Shown piece after piece: positions 1-10,989 of a stretch of DNA of 64,000 nt; positions within the stretch are counted from its first letter, which is position 1, and the number at the start of each line of letters is the position of its first letter. Source of the DNA: an uncultured marine group III euryarchaeote (GTDB lineage: Archaea; Thermoplasmatota; Poseidoniia; MGIII; CG-Epi1); NCBI GenBank assembly GCA_902533295.1, contig CACALG010000001.1, forward strand, positions 19,048 through 83,047, written 5' to 3'. The notes below the pieces were generated by a model that did not search any database, was not told the DNA's origin, and saw only the letters and a program-made list of their open reading frames with translations. A program made the position numbers and the translations under genes.

Positions 1-477
1 TCTAAAAATACTGAGTTTACAAAGTTAGTTAATGTACTTCAAGAGAAATTGATTCATCCTGGTAAAGTTGGGCGTGTGCATAACCTTTTCTTGCTTTCAA
101 AATCAGGTATTGTTATTAGCAACCTATCTGCTAATGATGTTGAAGAGACTGATGCAGATATATTAGGTGGAATGTTTACAGCTGTAAAGAATTTCATGGA
201 AGATGCGTTTAGTGCACGCAGTGATTCATCATTGAATGATATACAATTTGGTAATTTCCACATAACATTTGCTTCTGGAGCTTATTCAGAATTGGCAGTT
301 GTATATACAGGAATAATTAATCAAGCCTCAGAAGATGCTATTGCAGATACATTAATCGCTTTTGAATTAGAACATATGGCGGTTTTGGAAAATTGGGATG
401 GTGATCTTTCAAAATTAGCAAATTCAGCAGATTATTTGGAAAAACTTTTTTCAGATATTGATAAGGATAAAAGTTAA
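1..477 (+). CDS. 3' fragment of a larger gene (frame open to the window edge; ORF track lists 49..477 from TTG). It encodes a ~130-aa conserved cytoplasmic tail module also present at the C-terminus of the 1720-aa surface protein (16966..22128).
   Basis: No stop codon in this frame from nt 1 to 477. Segment VHNLFLLSKSGIVISNLSANDVEETDADILGGMFTAVKNF aligns with VEELYLIYKDGRLLRNVSAVEVKTDTDIMSGMLTAINDF of the giant protein tail. A later L.NW.GD segment is also shared. Confidence 0.5.
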   Translation, partial: SKNTEFTKLVNVLQEKLIHPGKVGRVHNLFLLSKSGIVISNLSANDVEETDADILGGMFTAVKNFMEDAFSARSDSSLNDIQFGNFHITFASGAYSELAVVYTGIINQASEDAIADTLIAFELEHMAVLENWDGDLSKLANSADYLEKLFSDIDKDKS

Positions 478-1358
478 TCCTTTTTTAGTCTTGCAATTAT
501 ATGGCTGGTACTCGGTCCGTAGAATTTCACTCTTTCAAATTTTTCTACAGTAAATCTCTTTGTACCCATTAATTTAGAGAATTTTTCAGGAACTGTTCCC
601 CAGTCACTTCTACTTTTGAATCCTAACCAGTTATTTCGATATGCTTCATGAAAGATAACCGTCCCCTTATCATTTAAGCAGCTGTAAGCGTGTTCTAAGA
701 AATCGATGGTGTTCCCAATATATCCTAAATGTATTACGTCTGCTTTCGTTTCAATATTTCTGCAATCATCATTGATTATTTCCATATTTTCGATGGCATT
801 ATTTTTAGCGTTTAAGGAAAGATATTCAATAGATTTTGGGTTCTTGTCAATTGCAATTATTTCCGCTTCAGGATATCCCTTTGCCATTTGAATTGAAAAG
901 TATCCAATTCCAGCAAAATAATCTATAATTGTCTTAGGTTTGTCAAACGTATAAAATTCGGAAATTTTTTCTGGACCAGACAAAGCAGATCTCCATCCTG
1001 TATTTCCTGGAGACCACATAATCTCAGCTAAATCTAATTTGTATTTTATTCCATATTCTGAGATTTCTGTAACAGTTTCCTTTCCGTATAAAATTTTAGT
1101 ATCTTCTGGCTTTCGTAGTTCACCTGATATCTTATTCTTCTGTATTATGCTCTTTGCGTTAAGAACTTGTGCATAAATTTCAGCTATATTTTCTTTTTCT
1201 TTCTTAATATTAGATAAATCTAGAATCACTATATCTCCTATTTTCTTCCATTTTCTTGGTAGATTGTTGTGTAATTCTGAATCAATTTTACTTGTTATTT
1301 GTTCAAAAGGTTTCATTCTTCGGCTAACTTTCTTAGTACGGCTATTTCTGGTTTCCAC
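474..1358 (-). CDS. trm5: Class I SAM-dependent tRNA methyltransferase, Trm5/Taw2 (Met-10+) family. The real start is possibly the internal Met near 1316, which would avoid overlap with nfo.
   Basis: FAGIGYFSIQMA SAM-binding motif and DKNP motif typical of Trm5/TYW2; length ~290 aa. Confidence 0.6.
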   Translation of the reverse strand: METRNSRTKKVSRRMKPFEQITSKIDSELHNNLPRKWKKIGDIVILDLSNIKKEKENIAEIYAQVLNAKSIIQKNKISGELRKPEDTKILYGKETVTEISEYGIKYKLDLAEIMWSPGNTGWRSALSGPEKISEFYTFDKPKTIIDYFAGIGYFSIQMAKGYPEAEIIAIDKNPKSIEYLSLNAKNNAIENMEIINDDCRNIETKADVIHLGYIGNTIDFLEHAYSCLNDKGTVIFHEAYRNNWLGFKSRSDWGTVPEKFSKLMGTKRFTVEKFERVKFYGPSTSHIIARLKKD

Positions 1359-2185
1359 ATATCAGGACCTCCTGGTGTTTCTAGGTATCCTGCTAAATGT
1401 TCTAGCCTTTTTTCCTGCATGAAACTCTTGAAAGTTTCTTTACCTAATTTTCCCATTCCAATATTATCATGTCTATCTACTCTAGATCCTAGTTCACTTT
1501 TTGAATCATTAAGGTGTAGAGCTACTAAATATTCCATTCCAACTATATCTTCAAAATCGTCCCAAATATTATCAAAATTATTTCTCCAATCATAACCAGA
1601 TGCCCACGCATGTTGTGTGTCTATGCATACACCAACCCTTTTCTTATCATCAATATGATCTATAATTTTCCTTATCTCTTCAAATTTAATACCCACATTA
1701 GTCCCTTGTCCTGCAGCATTTTCAATAACTAATTTTGATTCGTATCCTTTTGTTTCGTCTAGTGTTTTGTTCATATGGTGTGCTATTCTCTCAAGGGATT
1801 CATTTCTTGTTTGTTCATCATCCCTCATGCTTTTTTTTGGATGAGTATGTGAACCTGGGTGGAAATTTAGATAGGCAACACCTAAGGCCTCACAGCGATG
1901 ATATTCTTCTAGGAATGCAACTTGAGCTCTTTTTCCTTTGGCTTCATCTGGGCTTCCCATATTGATTAAGTAAGAATCATGGATCATTAGAGGCCCTAGA
2001 TCTGTTTTTGATAGAGGTTCTTTGAACCCCTTTATCTCCTCATCTGTGAGTGGTTTAGCAATCCATTGTCTTTGATTTTTACTGAACATTTGGAAAGTAT
2101 CAGCTTCTATTTCTAATGCCCAAGGTATTGCATTCTGCAGGCCTCCAGCAACACTTACGTGAGCTCCTAGTCTCATTATTTCCAA
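1313..2185 (-). CDS. nfo: Endonuclease IV (AP endonuclease family 2)
   Basis: TIM-barrel Nfo signatures (HLNDSK, GVCIDTQHAWASGYD); 290 aa. Confidence 0.8.
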   Translation of the reverse strand: MEIMRLGAHVSVAGGLQNAIPWALEIEADTFQMFSKNQRQWIAKPLTDEEIKGFKEPLSKTDLGPLMIHDSYLINMGSPDEAKGKRAQVAFLEEYHRCEALGVAYLNFHPGSHTHPKKSMRDDEQTRNESLERIAHHMNKTLDETKGYESKLVIENAAGQGTNVGIKFEEIRKIIDHIDDKKRVGVCIDTQHAWASGYDWRNNFDNIWDDFEDIVGMEYLVALHLNDSKSELGSRVDRHDNIGMGKLGKETFKSFMQEKRLEHLAGYLETPGGPDMWKPEIAVLRKLAEE

Positions 2186-2224
2186 TTCAAGCCTACCTTA
2201 ATAATAACTATTCGATAAGAGCCT

Positions 2225-3022
2225 GTGAAATTTTGCATAGTGGCTAACCCAAAACAGCCAAACATGAAAAAAATCTTAACAAAGGTTATTGGTTTTTTAG
2301 ATGACTTTGATTTGGAAGAAGAATCAGCCAAAATTGTTGGTTTGAAGGGGGAACCAATGGATCAATTAAAAGGTGAGATGGTAATTTCATTAGGGGGAGA
2401 TGGCACTTTATTATTCATACTAAATAATCTGAATAAGCCCGTTTTTGGAATTAATTGCGGTGGTGTGGGCTTTCTGACAGAAATAGAACATTCAGATGAT
2501 ATGTTCAATGCTTTTAAGCGGTTGCAATCAAAAAATTATCAATTACAGAAGTTAGGTAGAATTGATGCTTTTATCAATGATTTAAAGGTTGGAACTGCCC
2601 TGAATGAAGTAGTTTTACACTCTTCAAGAGTAGCTAAAATCCAAGGTTTCGAAATTGAGATAGATGGTTCAGTTGCAGATAGTTTTAGAGGTGATGGAGT
2701 TATTGTTGCTACGCCCACCGGATCAACAAGTTATGCAATGTCAGTAGGGGCGCCAATTCTATATCCAACAATGGATTCACATATTGTAGTTCCAATGGCA
2801 GCTTACCGTATTGGTGCTAGACCATTAGTTGTACCTTCTAAATATGATATTACAGCCAGAATCACGGGCCATCCTGAGGCTGTTATGGTAATTGATGGGC
2901 AAGATGAAATTATGATTAATAAGGATGATAAGATACAATTTAAAAAGTCTAAAGAGTCAGTAGAATTAGTTAGATTTGGTGACAATTTCTTTGACAAAGT
3001 TCGAAAAAAATTGAGGTTATAA
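2225..3022 (+). CDS. nadK: NAD(+) kinase
   Basis: GGDGTLL motif, NEVVL, and DG...V.TPTGSTSY motif. Confidence 0.8.
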   Translation: MKFCIVANPKQPNMKKILTKVIGFLDDFDLEEESAKIVGLKGEPMDQLKGEMVISLGGDGTLLFILNNLNKPVFGINCGGVGFLTEIEHSDDMFNAFKRLQSKNYQLQKLGRIDAFINDLKVGTALNEVVLHSSRVAKIQGFEIEIDGSVADSFRGDGVIVATPTGSTSYAMSVGAPILYPTMDSHIVVPMAAYRIGARPLVVPSKYDITARITGHPEAVMVIDGQDEIMINKDDKIQFKKSKESVELVRFGDNFFDKVRKKLRL

Positions 3023-3023
3023 T

Positions 3024-4502
3024 TTGAAAAAACGTAAGGCAAGATTAAGAGGAACTAAAACAGCAGCTAAATTTGAGCAAAAGAAGTTGATGTCTCGTAT
3101 TAAAGAATTGAAGGAAAATCCAAAAATATTGATACCTAAAACTCCTCCAGGTAGTGAAGCTGAGAAGGTTTATTCAAGAGTTCTAAAAGAAATGGAACTA
3201 GCTAAAGAACAATATGAGAACCCACCTGGTTTCTTTTCAAGAATGATGGGAAATAGGGTTAAGGATCCTTTAGCAAAGGCATATGGTGCAACTCTCACAG
3301 TTTTAGACTCAGGTGCTCCAGTAATGGCAATTGCACGTTTCCCTCATGGTGAAGTAAATTATGTTATGAGAGGATCGGGGTTATCCAAAGAAAAATTGAT
3401 TGGTGTGCAAAATCATCACCATAGATTATGGTCACGTTTTGCGCATTTAGATTATGTGAAAAAGTATAAATTTTTCATGTATGCTTTAGACAAAGGCCTT
3501 GTTTGTACAGGAACTTCACCTAAATATCCAAAAGCTTTGTGGGAAGAGGCGTGTAGAACTCTTAAAATTAAAAAGGGTGGTAATGGTATAGAAGGAATTC
3601 AGATTCGCTGTAAATCATTGAACGAATTAGCAGTTTTACCTGTGAAGAAAGTCTCGAAATCTAAAGAAAATAGTTATAGCCATTTTCTTAGAAATCAAGT
3701 AGCTTTTGAACAGGATTTAGATTTTGAGATTACTGTTTCAACCTTCCTCTCTGAAATTATTGATGATATTCCTAAAGAATTATTTTCGGGTTATTTGACA
3801 GGCACTGCTACTGATTCAGATTTATGGAATGCAGTAGTTAGTTTTCAAAAGGAAAAAGTAAAAGCATTAGATGAGCAATATTTCATTATATCAAATACTA
3901 TTGTAGATAGTAAGGAATTAATCAATAAGATTAGTAGTAATAAGATTGATCAGGCAATTATAGAGGATATCCTGAAAGATTGCAAAGACACTATAGTAAT
4001 AGATAATTTTACACTATCAGCATTTACAGAATATACCTGGGAGTCTGCAGGAAGAGAAATAGTTAATAGCATAGATTCAAAGAAATTAGAGGATTATAAT
4101 GGAGAAAACTCGCTAGAATTATTAAGAGATTTGTACAATAAAATTGTCAAAGATAGTTTGACCAGTGATTATCCAAGATTCAAATCTCTCAGTGAACCAT
4201 TAAAGTTGATAGACGATGTCGTAAGGATGTTGAAATCAGGAGAAAAAGATAGTGCTATCAAGGCAATAGAGAGTCTTTCATCAAATAATAATATGACTAA
4301 ATCAGTGTCATGGGCTACATTGATATGTCTTAATGCTACATCTAGTAGGGCCTGGAAATATAGTAAGGAAGAGCAATCTCTTGGTGAATCACTTAAAGAA
4401 TTAGTACAAAGTTTAATTGATAGTCAACCATCTAAATATTTAGTAATATTAGAAGAGATATCGTCAAGAATAGGACTTGGTAATAAATTGGAAGTTATTT
4501 AA
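3024..4502 (+). CDS. Hypothetical protein with a basic Lys/Arg-rich N-terminus (TTG start in ORF track)
   Basis: Long ORF with uniform coding composition; no motif I can assign. Confidence 0.4.
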   Translation: MKKRKARLRGTKTAAKFEQKKLMSRIKELKENPKILIPKTPPGSEAEKVYSRVLKEMELAKEQYENPPGFFSRMMGNRVKDPLAKAYGATLTVLDSGAPVMAIARFPHGEVNYVMRGSGLSKEKLIGVQNHHHRLWSRFAHLDYVKKYKFFMYALDKGLVCTGTSPKYPKALWEEACRTLKIKKGGNGIEGIQIRCKSLNELAVLPVKKVSKSKENSYSHFLRNQVAFEQDLDFEITVSTFLSEIIDDIPKELFSGYLTGTATDSDLWNAVVSFQKEKVKALDEQYFIISNTIVDSKELINKISSNKIDQAIIEDILKDCKDTIVIDNFTLSAFTEYTWESAGREIVNSIDSKKLEDYNGENSLELLRDLYNKIVKDSLTSDYPRFKSLSEPLKLIDDVVRMLKSGEKDSAIKAIESLSSNNNMTKSVSWATLICLNATSSRAWKYSKEEQSLGESLKELVQSLIDSQPSKYLVILEEISSRIGLGNKLEVI

Positions 4503-4528
4503 AACGGGCTTAACTGGAGAAACTCTCT

Positions 4529-4605
4529 GGGTCCGTGGTCTAGTTGGTTATGACGTCGCCTTGACATGGCGGAGATCCCCGGTTCGAATCCGGGCGGACC
4601 CACCA
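4529..4605 (+). tRNA. tRNA-Val (anticodon GAC at 4563-4565), CCA encoded
   Basis: Cloverleaf read directly: acceptor GGGTCCG/CGGACCC, D-arm GTCT...GAC, anticodon stem TCGCC/GGCGG with loop TTGACAT, T-arm CCCGG-TTCGAAT-CCGGG, discriminator A, CCA. Confidence 0.85.
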
Positions 4606-4606
4606 C

Positions 4607-5035
4607 TTATTTTCCTTCTTTCCATCTACGATATTCTTCACTGTCATGTGATATAGGCCCGTCATTAGGTTTAGTTTCAGTTTTCATGGATGATAACTTA
4701 GGTTGTACCGTAGTACTTTCCTTATCTTCATTGATGGTAGCACCAATTAAAATAGCACCAATAGTGAGTAATATGATTGGAATAAATAGTACAAAATAGA
4801 TTTGAAAAACAATAAAAACAATAAATATTACAAGGCCACATATAGCTAAAATCCAGCCAGCGGCTTTATGTCCATTGAGGCTATCATTAATTAAAATAGC
4901 ACCAATAGTGAGTAATAGGATTGGAATAAATAGTAAAAAAAAGAGTCCAACGAGAAGAAAAACAATGAATTGTATGAGGCCAATTATAGCTAAAATCCAG
5001 CCAACTACTTTACGCCCTTTGGCCTCTTGATCCAT
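4607..5035 (-). CDS. Small membrane protein with an internal tandem duplication (two ~45-aa hydrophobic repeats)
   Basis: Repeats GWILAI(I/C)GL(I/V)...FIPI(L/I)LLTIGAILI; the corresponding DNA duplicated at ~4740-4800 and ~4890-4950. Confidence 0.45.
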   Translation of the reverse strand: MDQEAKGRKVVGWILAIIGLIQFIVFLLVGLFFLLFIPILLLTIGAILINDSLNGHKAAGWILAICGLVIFIVFIVFQIYFVLFIPIILLTIGAILIGATINEDKESTTVQPKLSSMKTETKPNDGPISHDSEEYRRWKEGK

Positions 5036-6319
5036 TTATGGAGTCATCCGAGTCCTATCTCTAGGAAACAAAACACATTCTCTTACATTTTTTGCACCTG
5101 CAAAAATCATTGACAATCTATCCAATCCTAATCCCCATCCAGCATGAGGTGGCATACCATATCTAAATGGATCCAAATAATGATTAAATCCATCGGGTTC
5201 TAAACCTTGTTTTTTCAATCTTTCTCTAAGCATATTGACGTCATGAACTCTTTGTCCTCCAGATGTCATCTCGACTTCATTATACATAAAATCAAAGCCT
5301 TTACTGTATTTCGGATCATCATCTGGGAGTATGTAGAATGGTTTGAGCGATAATGGCCATTTTGTTATGAAATAGAAACCATTCATCTGCTGAGCAATTT
5401 CTCTTGTAGCTTCCATAGATAAATCTTCACCCCATTCCGCTTTTCCGTTTGACATTTCTACAGCTTCATCGTATGTTATTCGTGGCAAAGGTAATTCAAG
5501 CTCAATAGGCTCAATTCCAAGCGTTTCTAGGGCTTCTATCTCTTTTGCAACAGCTCTTGCTGCACTATCTACTAATCTCTCCATTACTCCCATTACTACA
5601 TCATCATCAGCAAACGACATTTCTATATCAATTGAGATAAATTCATTCAAGTGTCTGGGTGTGTTATGTTCTTCAGCCCTAAATGCAGGTCCTATTTCGT
5701 ATACTCTCTCTAAACCACCTCCCATTAACATTTGCTTGTATAATTGAGGAGATTGAGCAAGATATGCAGGTTTATCAAAATATTTCATTTCAAATAATGA
5801 AGTTCCACCTTCAGTTGCCGAAGCAATAATTTTTGGAGTTTGAACCTCAAGGAATTTTTCTCTTCTTAGATGTTTATGTACTGCGCCTGAGACAGCTGCG
5901 CGAATCTGGAAATTTGCAGCTATCTCACTTTTCCTTAGATCAAGATATCTGGCATTTAATCTAGTTTCAATTTCACTATCTATCTTATCAATCACACCTA
6001 AAGGAAGTGGTGTTTCAGCTTCATTCAATATTTCTATATTGTCTGGTAACATTTCAACACCTCCTGGTGCTTCTTTGTTTTCTTTGACAATGCCTCTGAC
6101 TAATACTATTGATTCTCTATTGATATTTGTCCATTTCTTGTAATTCTCAGCATCTAATTTCTTTTTTAATAATGTTAATTGAATTACTCCAGTGATATCT
6201 CTTAGTTGAAGGAAAGCAATACCTCCTAAATTACGTGTATCTTGCAACCATCCACATAGCGTTTGCTCAGAGCCGAAGTCTGATTCTTCGATTTCACCAC
6301 ATTTTCGAGTGTAAAACAT
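5036..6319 (-). CDS. aspS: Aspartyl-tRNA synthetase, archaeal type (class II)
   Basis: N-terminal OB fold; class II motifs FRAEE..TPRH and GGGLERV..GPAFRAE-like; 427 aa. Confidence 0.85.
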   Translation of the reverse strand: MFYTRKCGEIEESDFGSEQTLCGWLQDTRNLGGIAFLQLRDITGVIQLTLLKKKLDAENYKKWTNINRESIVLVRGIVKENKEAPGGVEMLPDNIEILNEAETPLPLGVIDKIDSEIETRLNARYLDLRKSEIAANFQIRAAVSGAVHKHLRREKFLEVQTPKIIASATEGGTSLFEMKYFDKPAYLAQSPQLYKQMLMGGGLERVYEIGPAFRAEEHNTPRHLNEFISIDIEMSFADDDVVMGVMERLVDSAARAVAKEIEALETLGIEPIELELPLPRITYDEAVEMSNGKAEWGEDLSMEATREIAQQMNGFYFITKWPLSLKPFYILPDDDPKYSKGFDFMYNEVEMTSGGQRVHDVNMLRERLKKQGLEPDGFNHYLDPFRYGMPPHAGWGLGLDRLSMIFAGAKNVRECVLFPRDRTRMTP

Positions 6320-6323
6320 AGTT

Positions 6324-7442
6324 CTAACTTATTGGATACCTCAGTATCGCAGCCAGCCCTCCAAAAGCTTTCTGTAAGGAAACGCCTTCTTCACTTTCAG
6401 TAGATACTATCGTAATTTCTGCTTTGCTTTTTTCAGCTAGTTCTCCTAATTTTTTTACAGTCCCTTCTTCCACATTAGCCATTTTTTCCAGACCTTCAGA
6501 AATCATTAATTGATTTACTGCTCCCATTGTCAGAGCCATTTCAACTTGTTTCATGCCGTAAGTAGCTAATGTTCCTTTTGGAGATAATATTTCTTTCATA
6601 AATTTATCCATAAGTTTTTTCTCTTTTACTAATTGCATTTCTGCTAATCTTCCAGAACCTCTAGTAACTAATTCTCTCAATCCAGTCTCATCAGTATAAC
6701 CTGTATCAAAGGAATCGATAACTATTTTCTGTAATTCATGATTCAAATATTCTCTTTTTATAAAATATTCTTTAGTAGCTCCAGGTCCACCGATCAAAAT
6801 ACCTTCTACGTTATTCCCAAGAAAACATTCGGTAGCTGAGTGTGCCACCTTCTTGTACCATTCATGTGCTGCCTCCTCTATCAAACGTTCAAAACGTTGT
6901 TTAGATTGTCCACCTTTTCCATGTTTTGATGGAACTTGTGAATACATGTGTTTAAGCGTTGTAATTGTAGCCCCCCTAAGAATTCCTAGAGCTGCTTCAG
7001 ATCTATCTATAACTATCAATCCAAATTGAGTTTTGGTTTCACCAAGACCTTCTAATGGTTCTAAAAAGAAACCTGAATCACAACGATAAAGAAATGTAGG
7101 TAATGGTTCTGGAGGTACTACTACTTCTTGGACCATGGTAGTTTGATTTCCTCCTTTTGATACATGGCCAACAAAGAAAACCACTCCATTTTCAGGAGGA
7201 GTTTTGAACATTTTTAATCTAGACATTATTGATTCAATTGCTGCACTGACATTCTTTCTTGTGGATTTAGATTTTATGTTTGCAGATTGTGAAGCTTCAT
7301 TCCTAAGGTATGATTGCACATCATAAATTTTGCGATCAGGAGGAATATACAGGCTAACGAGTTCTGTAGCATGTCCTCTATAATTCTTGAGACGTTCAAG
7401 GGATTGCTTGAATTCATATTTTTGTAGAGACTCAGAACTCAT
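6324..7442 (-). CDS. prf1: Peptide chain release factor aRF1
   Basis: NIKS motif (NIKSKSTRKN) and GGQ motif (KGGQSKQRFERL). Confidence 0.8.
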   Translation of the reverse strand: MSSESLQKYEFKQSLERLKNYRGHATELVSLYIPPDRKIYDVQSYLRNEASQSANIKSKSTRKNVSAAIESIMSRLKMFKTPPENGVVFFVGHVSKGGNQTTMVQEVVVPPEPLPTFLYRCDSGFFLEPLEGLGETKTQFGLIVIDRSEAALGILRGATITTLKHMYSQVPSKHGKGGQSKQRFERLIEEAAHEWYKKVAHSATECFLGNNVEGILIGGPGATKEYFIKREYLNHELQKIVIDSFDTGYTDETGLRELVTRGSGRLAEMQLVKEKKLMDKFMKEILSPKGTLATYGMKQVEMALTMGAVNQLMISEGLEKMANVEEGTVKKLGELAEKSKAEITIVSTESEEGVSLQKAFGGLAAILRYPIS

Positions 7443-7521
7443 TGATTTTGTTAATGCAGGACCTTTTTATGATATTGGTCTCGGTTTATACTCATTTTAT
7501 GCAAAACCAAAATCATCTTCA

Positions 7522-8112
7522 TTATTTGCCGTCATCCTCTGCATAATAATCAAAATCCAAATAGTAATTAAATATGATACAGTTCGAATCTTCCCAATTT
7601 AAGCTTGTATGGCATATATCTACAGGCGCCGCATGATCAATGAAGTATGGCCTTACCACCTCTTCGGATTCATATGATGTTCTATAATCCCAATCTATTA
7701 CAAAAAAGTAATTACTTGGTGAAAAATACGTTCCTTTCTTATCATCATGCACCATATATTCATTTTTCTCTACTATTAAATCAAAATTATTTACACCAAA
7801 TACTTCTCCATTTAGGTAATCATTATAATTAGAATAATCGAGAATAAATACCTCTTTTTCAAACTGACTTGGGAAATTTAAATAATATTCTAGCTCGCCA
7901 TGCCCTTCAATATATCCTATCTCACATGAAAAGAAACCTATATCTTTATTCAGATAAAATGGATAATCTGAACCATCACCATTTTGATAACTGAAATCTT
8001 TATTACAATATTCAGTAGTATAATCTCTCAATAAGCCTCCACTAGGTATTGCAGAACCTAAAATAATAACAGCTACAAAAACAATTACGATGTCATTTTT
8101 TATATTTAACAT
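7522..8112 (-). CDS. Small secreted hypothetical protein (signal peptide)
   Basis: N-terminal hydrophobic segment followed by a Tyr/Asn/Asp-rich region. Confidence 0.4.
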   Translation of the reverse strand: MLNIKNDIVIVFVAVIILGSAIPSGGLLRDYTTEYCNKDFSYQNGDGSDYPFYLNKDIGFFSCEIGYIEGHGELEYYLNFPSQFEKEVFILDYSNYNDYLNGEVFGVNNFDLIVEKNEYMVHDDKKGTYFSPSNYFFVIDWDYRTSYESEEVVRPYFIDHAAPVDICHTSLNWEDSNCIIFNYYLDFDYYAEDDGK

Positions 8113-8114
8113 AT

Positions 8115-8357
8115 CTAGTTTTTCCTCCTTTTTGCAGATAAGGAAATAATCGCAAATGATATAAGATAATATATTAGAGCAAATACAAGTATTGTATTAC
8201 CGTAATCGAATCCTAATTTTGCGTATTCTCTTAGTATAGGTATGTACATTAAATGGGATGAAAATAAAAGCAAAATAAAAGTAAAGATATTAAATTTAAT
8301 AGATGCAAATAGAGTTCTGGAGGCCAATGGTGTTGAATCTTCCACTGATAACGCCAT
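8115..8357 (-). CDS. Small membrane protein (2 TM)
   Basis: Hydrophobic 80-aa ORF abutting the downstream gene (start/stop overlap at 8357). Confidence 0.35.
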   Translation of the reverse strand: MALSVEDSTPLASRTLFASIKFNIFTFILLLFSSHLMYIPILREYAKLGFDYGNTILVFALIYYLISFAIISLSAKRRKN

Positions 8358-9151
8358 TATTCACCACCTTTCTCTTGATTGTCTAAATTAAATTCCTCAG
8401 AAAAATACTCATCTTCATTTTCTTCAGCAAAGTCTCTGATTGCTCTACCCTCGTCTTCATCAAATTCATCAATAGACTCAGCCTCAAGAACAATGTTTTC
8501 ATCAATTTGAGCCTCAAAGCCTTTAATATTAGTAGATGGGACTATTCTCCAAAGCCCATATGGTAAAACATAAACTAGGATGAAATCTCCAAATTTCCTT
8601 CCTTCTGATTTTTCCATCATAGGTTCGTTTCCGATAACTCCTAAGAGGTGAAATAATAGGAAAAAATTAATGAAGAAAACAACTAAAGATATAGAATTAT
8701 TGATAATATATTTTTCTTGAGATATTTGGAATGAGATTCCTTTAATTAAGGACAATATACCAACATAAATCATACAAGATCCAAGAAATACGGAGAATTC
8801 TGAATCAGATAAAAATAATAGAATTGCTCCAAACATTATAAAAATTAGGCCAAAAACAGCGAAACTGATAGCCCAGTTACGTTTTTCTTCAGCAACCAAA
8901 ACTTCTGGAGTTTTTTCTTCTTCTATTATCTCTTCTTCATCCTCTACATCATGACTTATATTATAACCAGAATTTGGGGCATCCAGACTATCTATAGTAC
9001 CTTCAAGTAATTCCAAATCTATATTTTGGTTTTGATTTGTCGCCTTTGGTCTTCCAAAATAGATAGTTATTGAAACAAGAAGAAGCGAAGCTAAAATAAG
9101 CCAAAAATATAATTCAAGAAGATAATTCCATCCAGAATAGTATGCCAACAC
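8357..9151 (-). CDS. Membrane protein with acidic loop and acidic C-terminal tail
   Basis: Several hydrophobic segments; EDEEEIIEEE and EDEYFSEE acidic stretches. Confidence 0.4.
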   Translation of the reverse strand: MLAYYSGWNYLLELYFWLILASLLLVSITIYFGRPKATNQNQNIDLELLEGTIDSLDAPNSGYNISHDVEDEEEIIEEEKTPEVLVAEEKRNWAISFAVFGLIFIMFGAILLFLSDSEFSVFLGSCMIYVGILSLIKGISFQISQEKYIINNSISLVVFFINFFLLFHLLGVIGNEPMMEKSEGRKFGDFILVYVLPYGLWRIVPSTNIKGFEAQIDENIVLEAESIDEFDEDEGRAIRDFAEENEDEYFSEEFNLDNQEKGGE

Positions 9152-9239
9152 AGAAATACAAGTAAGAGGTAGATATTACAATCTACCTCTTATTTTTATT
9201 CGAAATCAATTTAGCGCTAGGCAGCCAACCCTAAATCTT

Positions 9240-10707
<1,468 letters not shown>

Positions 10708-10760
10708 TTTTTTCCTTTCGAATGCACACTATGAGTTTATAAATTTACTAGAATTGTCGG
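10708..10760 (-). promoter_or_regulatory. Putative 16S promoter region; TTTATAAA TATA-like box at ~10736-10743
   Basis: AT-rich palindromic TATA-like element ~30 nt upstream of the mature 16S 5' end. Flanking segments (9176-9239 and 10775-10830) show partial complementarity (TTCGAAATC / GATTTCGAA, TAGGGTTG) consistent with a processing stem. Confidence 0.3.
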
Positions 10761-10989
10761 ATTGACTGCACTAGTTTCGCTTAGATTTCGAATGTCAGAT
10801 GATAGCCCAAACTAGGGTTGTTATCATCTCCATAACATTGTCTGCAATAACGGAATAGGTCCATCATAAAATCAGGAATTCGCCGAAGTCATTGCAACCG
10901 CTTACACGGTACCTGGTGACAGTTTTACCTGTTCAGGAGCTTCATCACTTAAAATGGTCTATTTAAGAAAAACGCCATATTTATCATAG

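Noticed and set aside
1313-1358. 46-nt overlap between trm5 start and nfo end
   Set aside because: Probably an over-extended start call. An internal Met at ~1316 gives a 4-nt ATGA-type overlap instead, so it is not a real long overlap.
4566-4799. 77-aa ORF on plus strand
   Set aside because: Its start is inside tRNA-Val (the ATG is in the anticodon arm) and it runs antisense to the membrane protein gene 4607..5035. It is an artefact.
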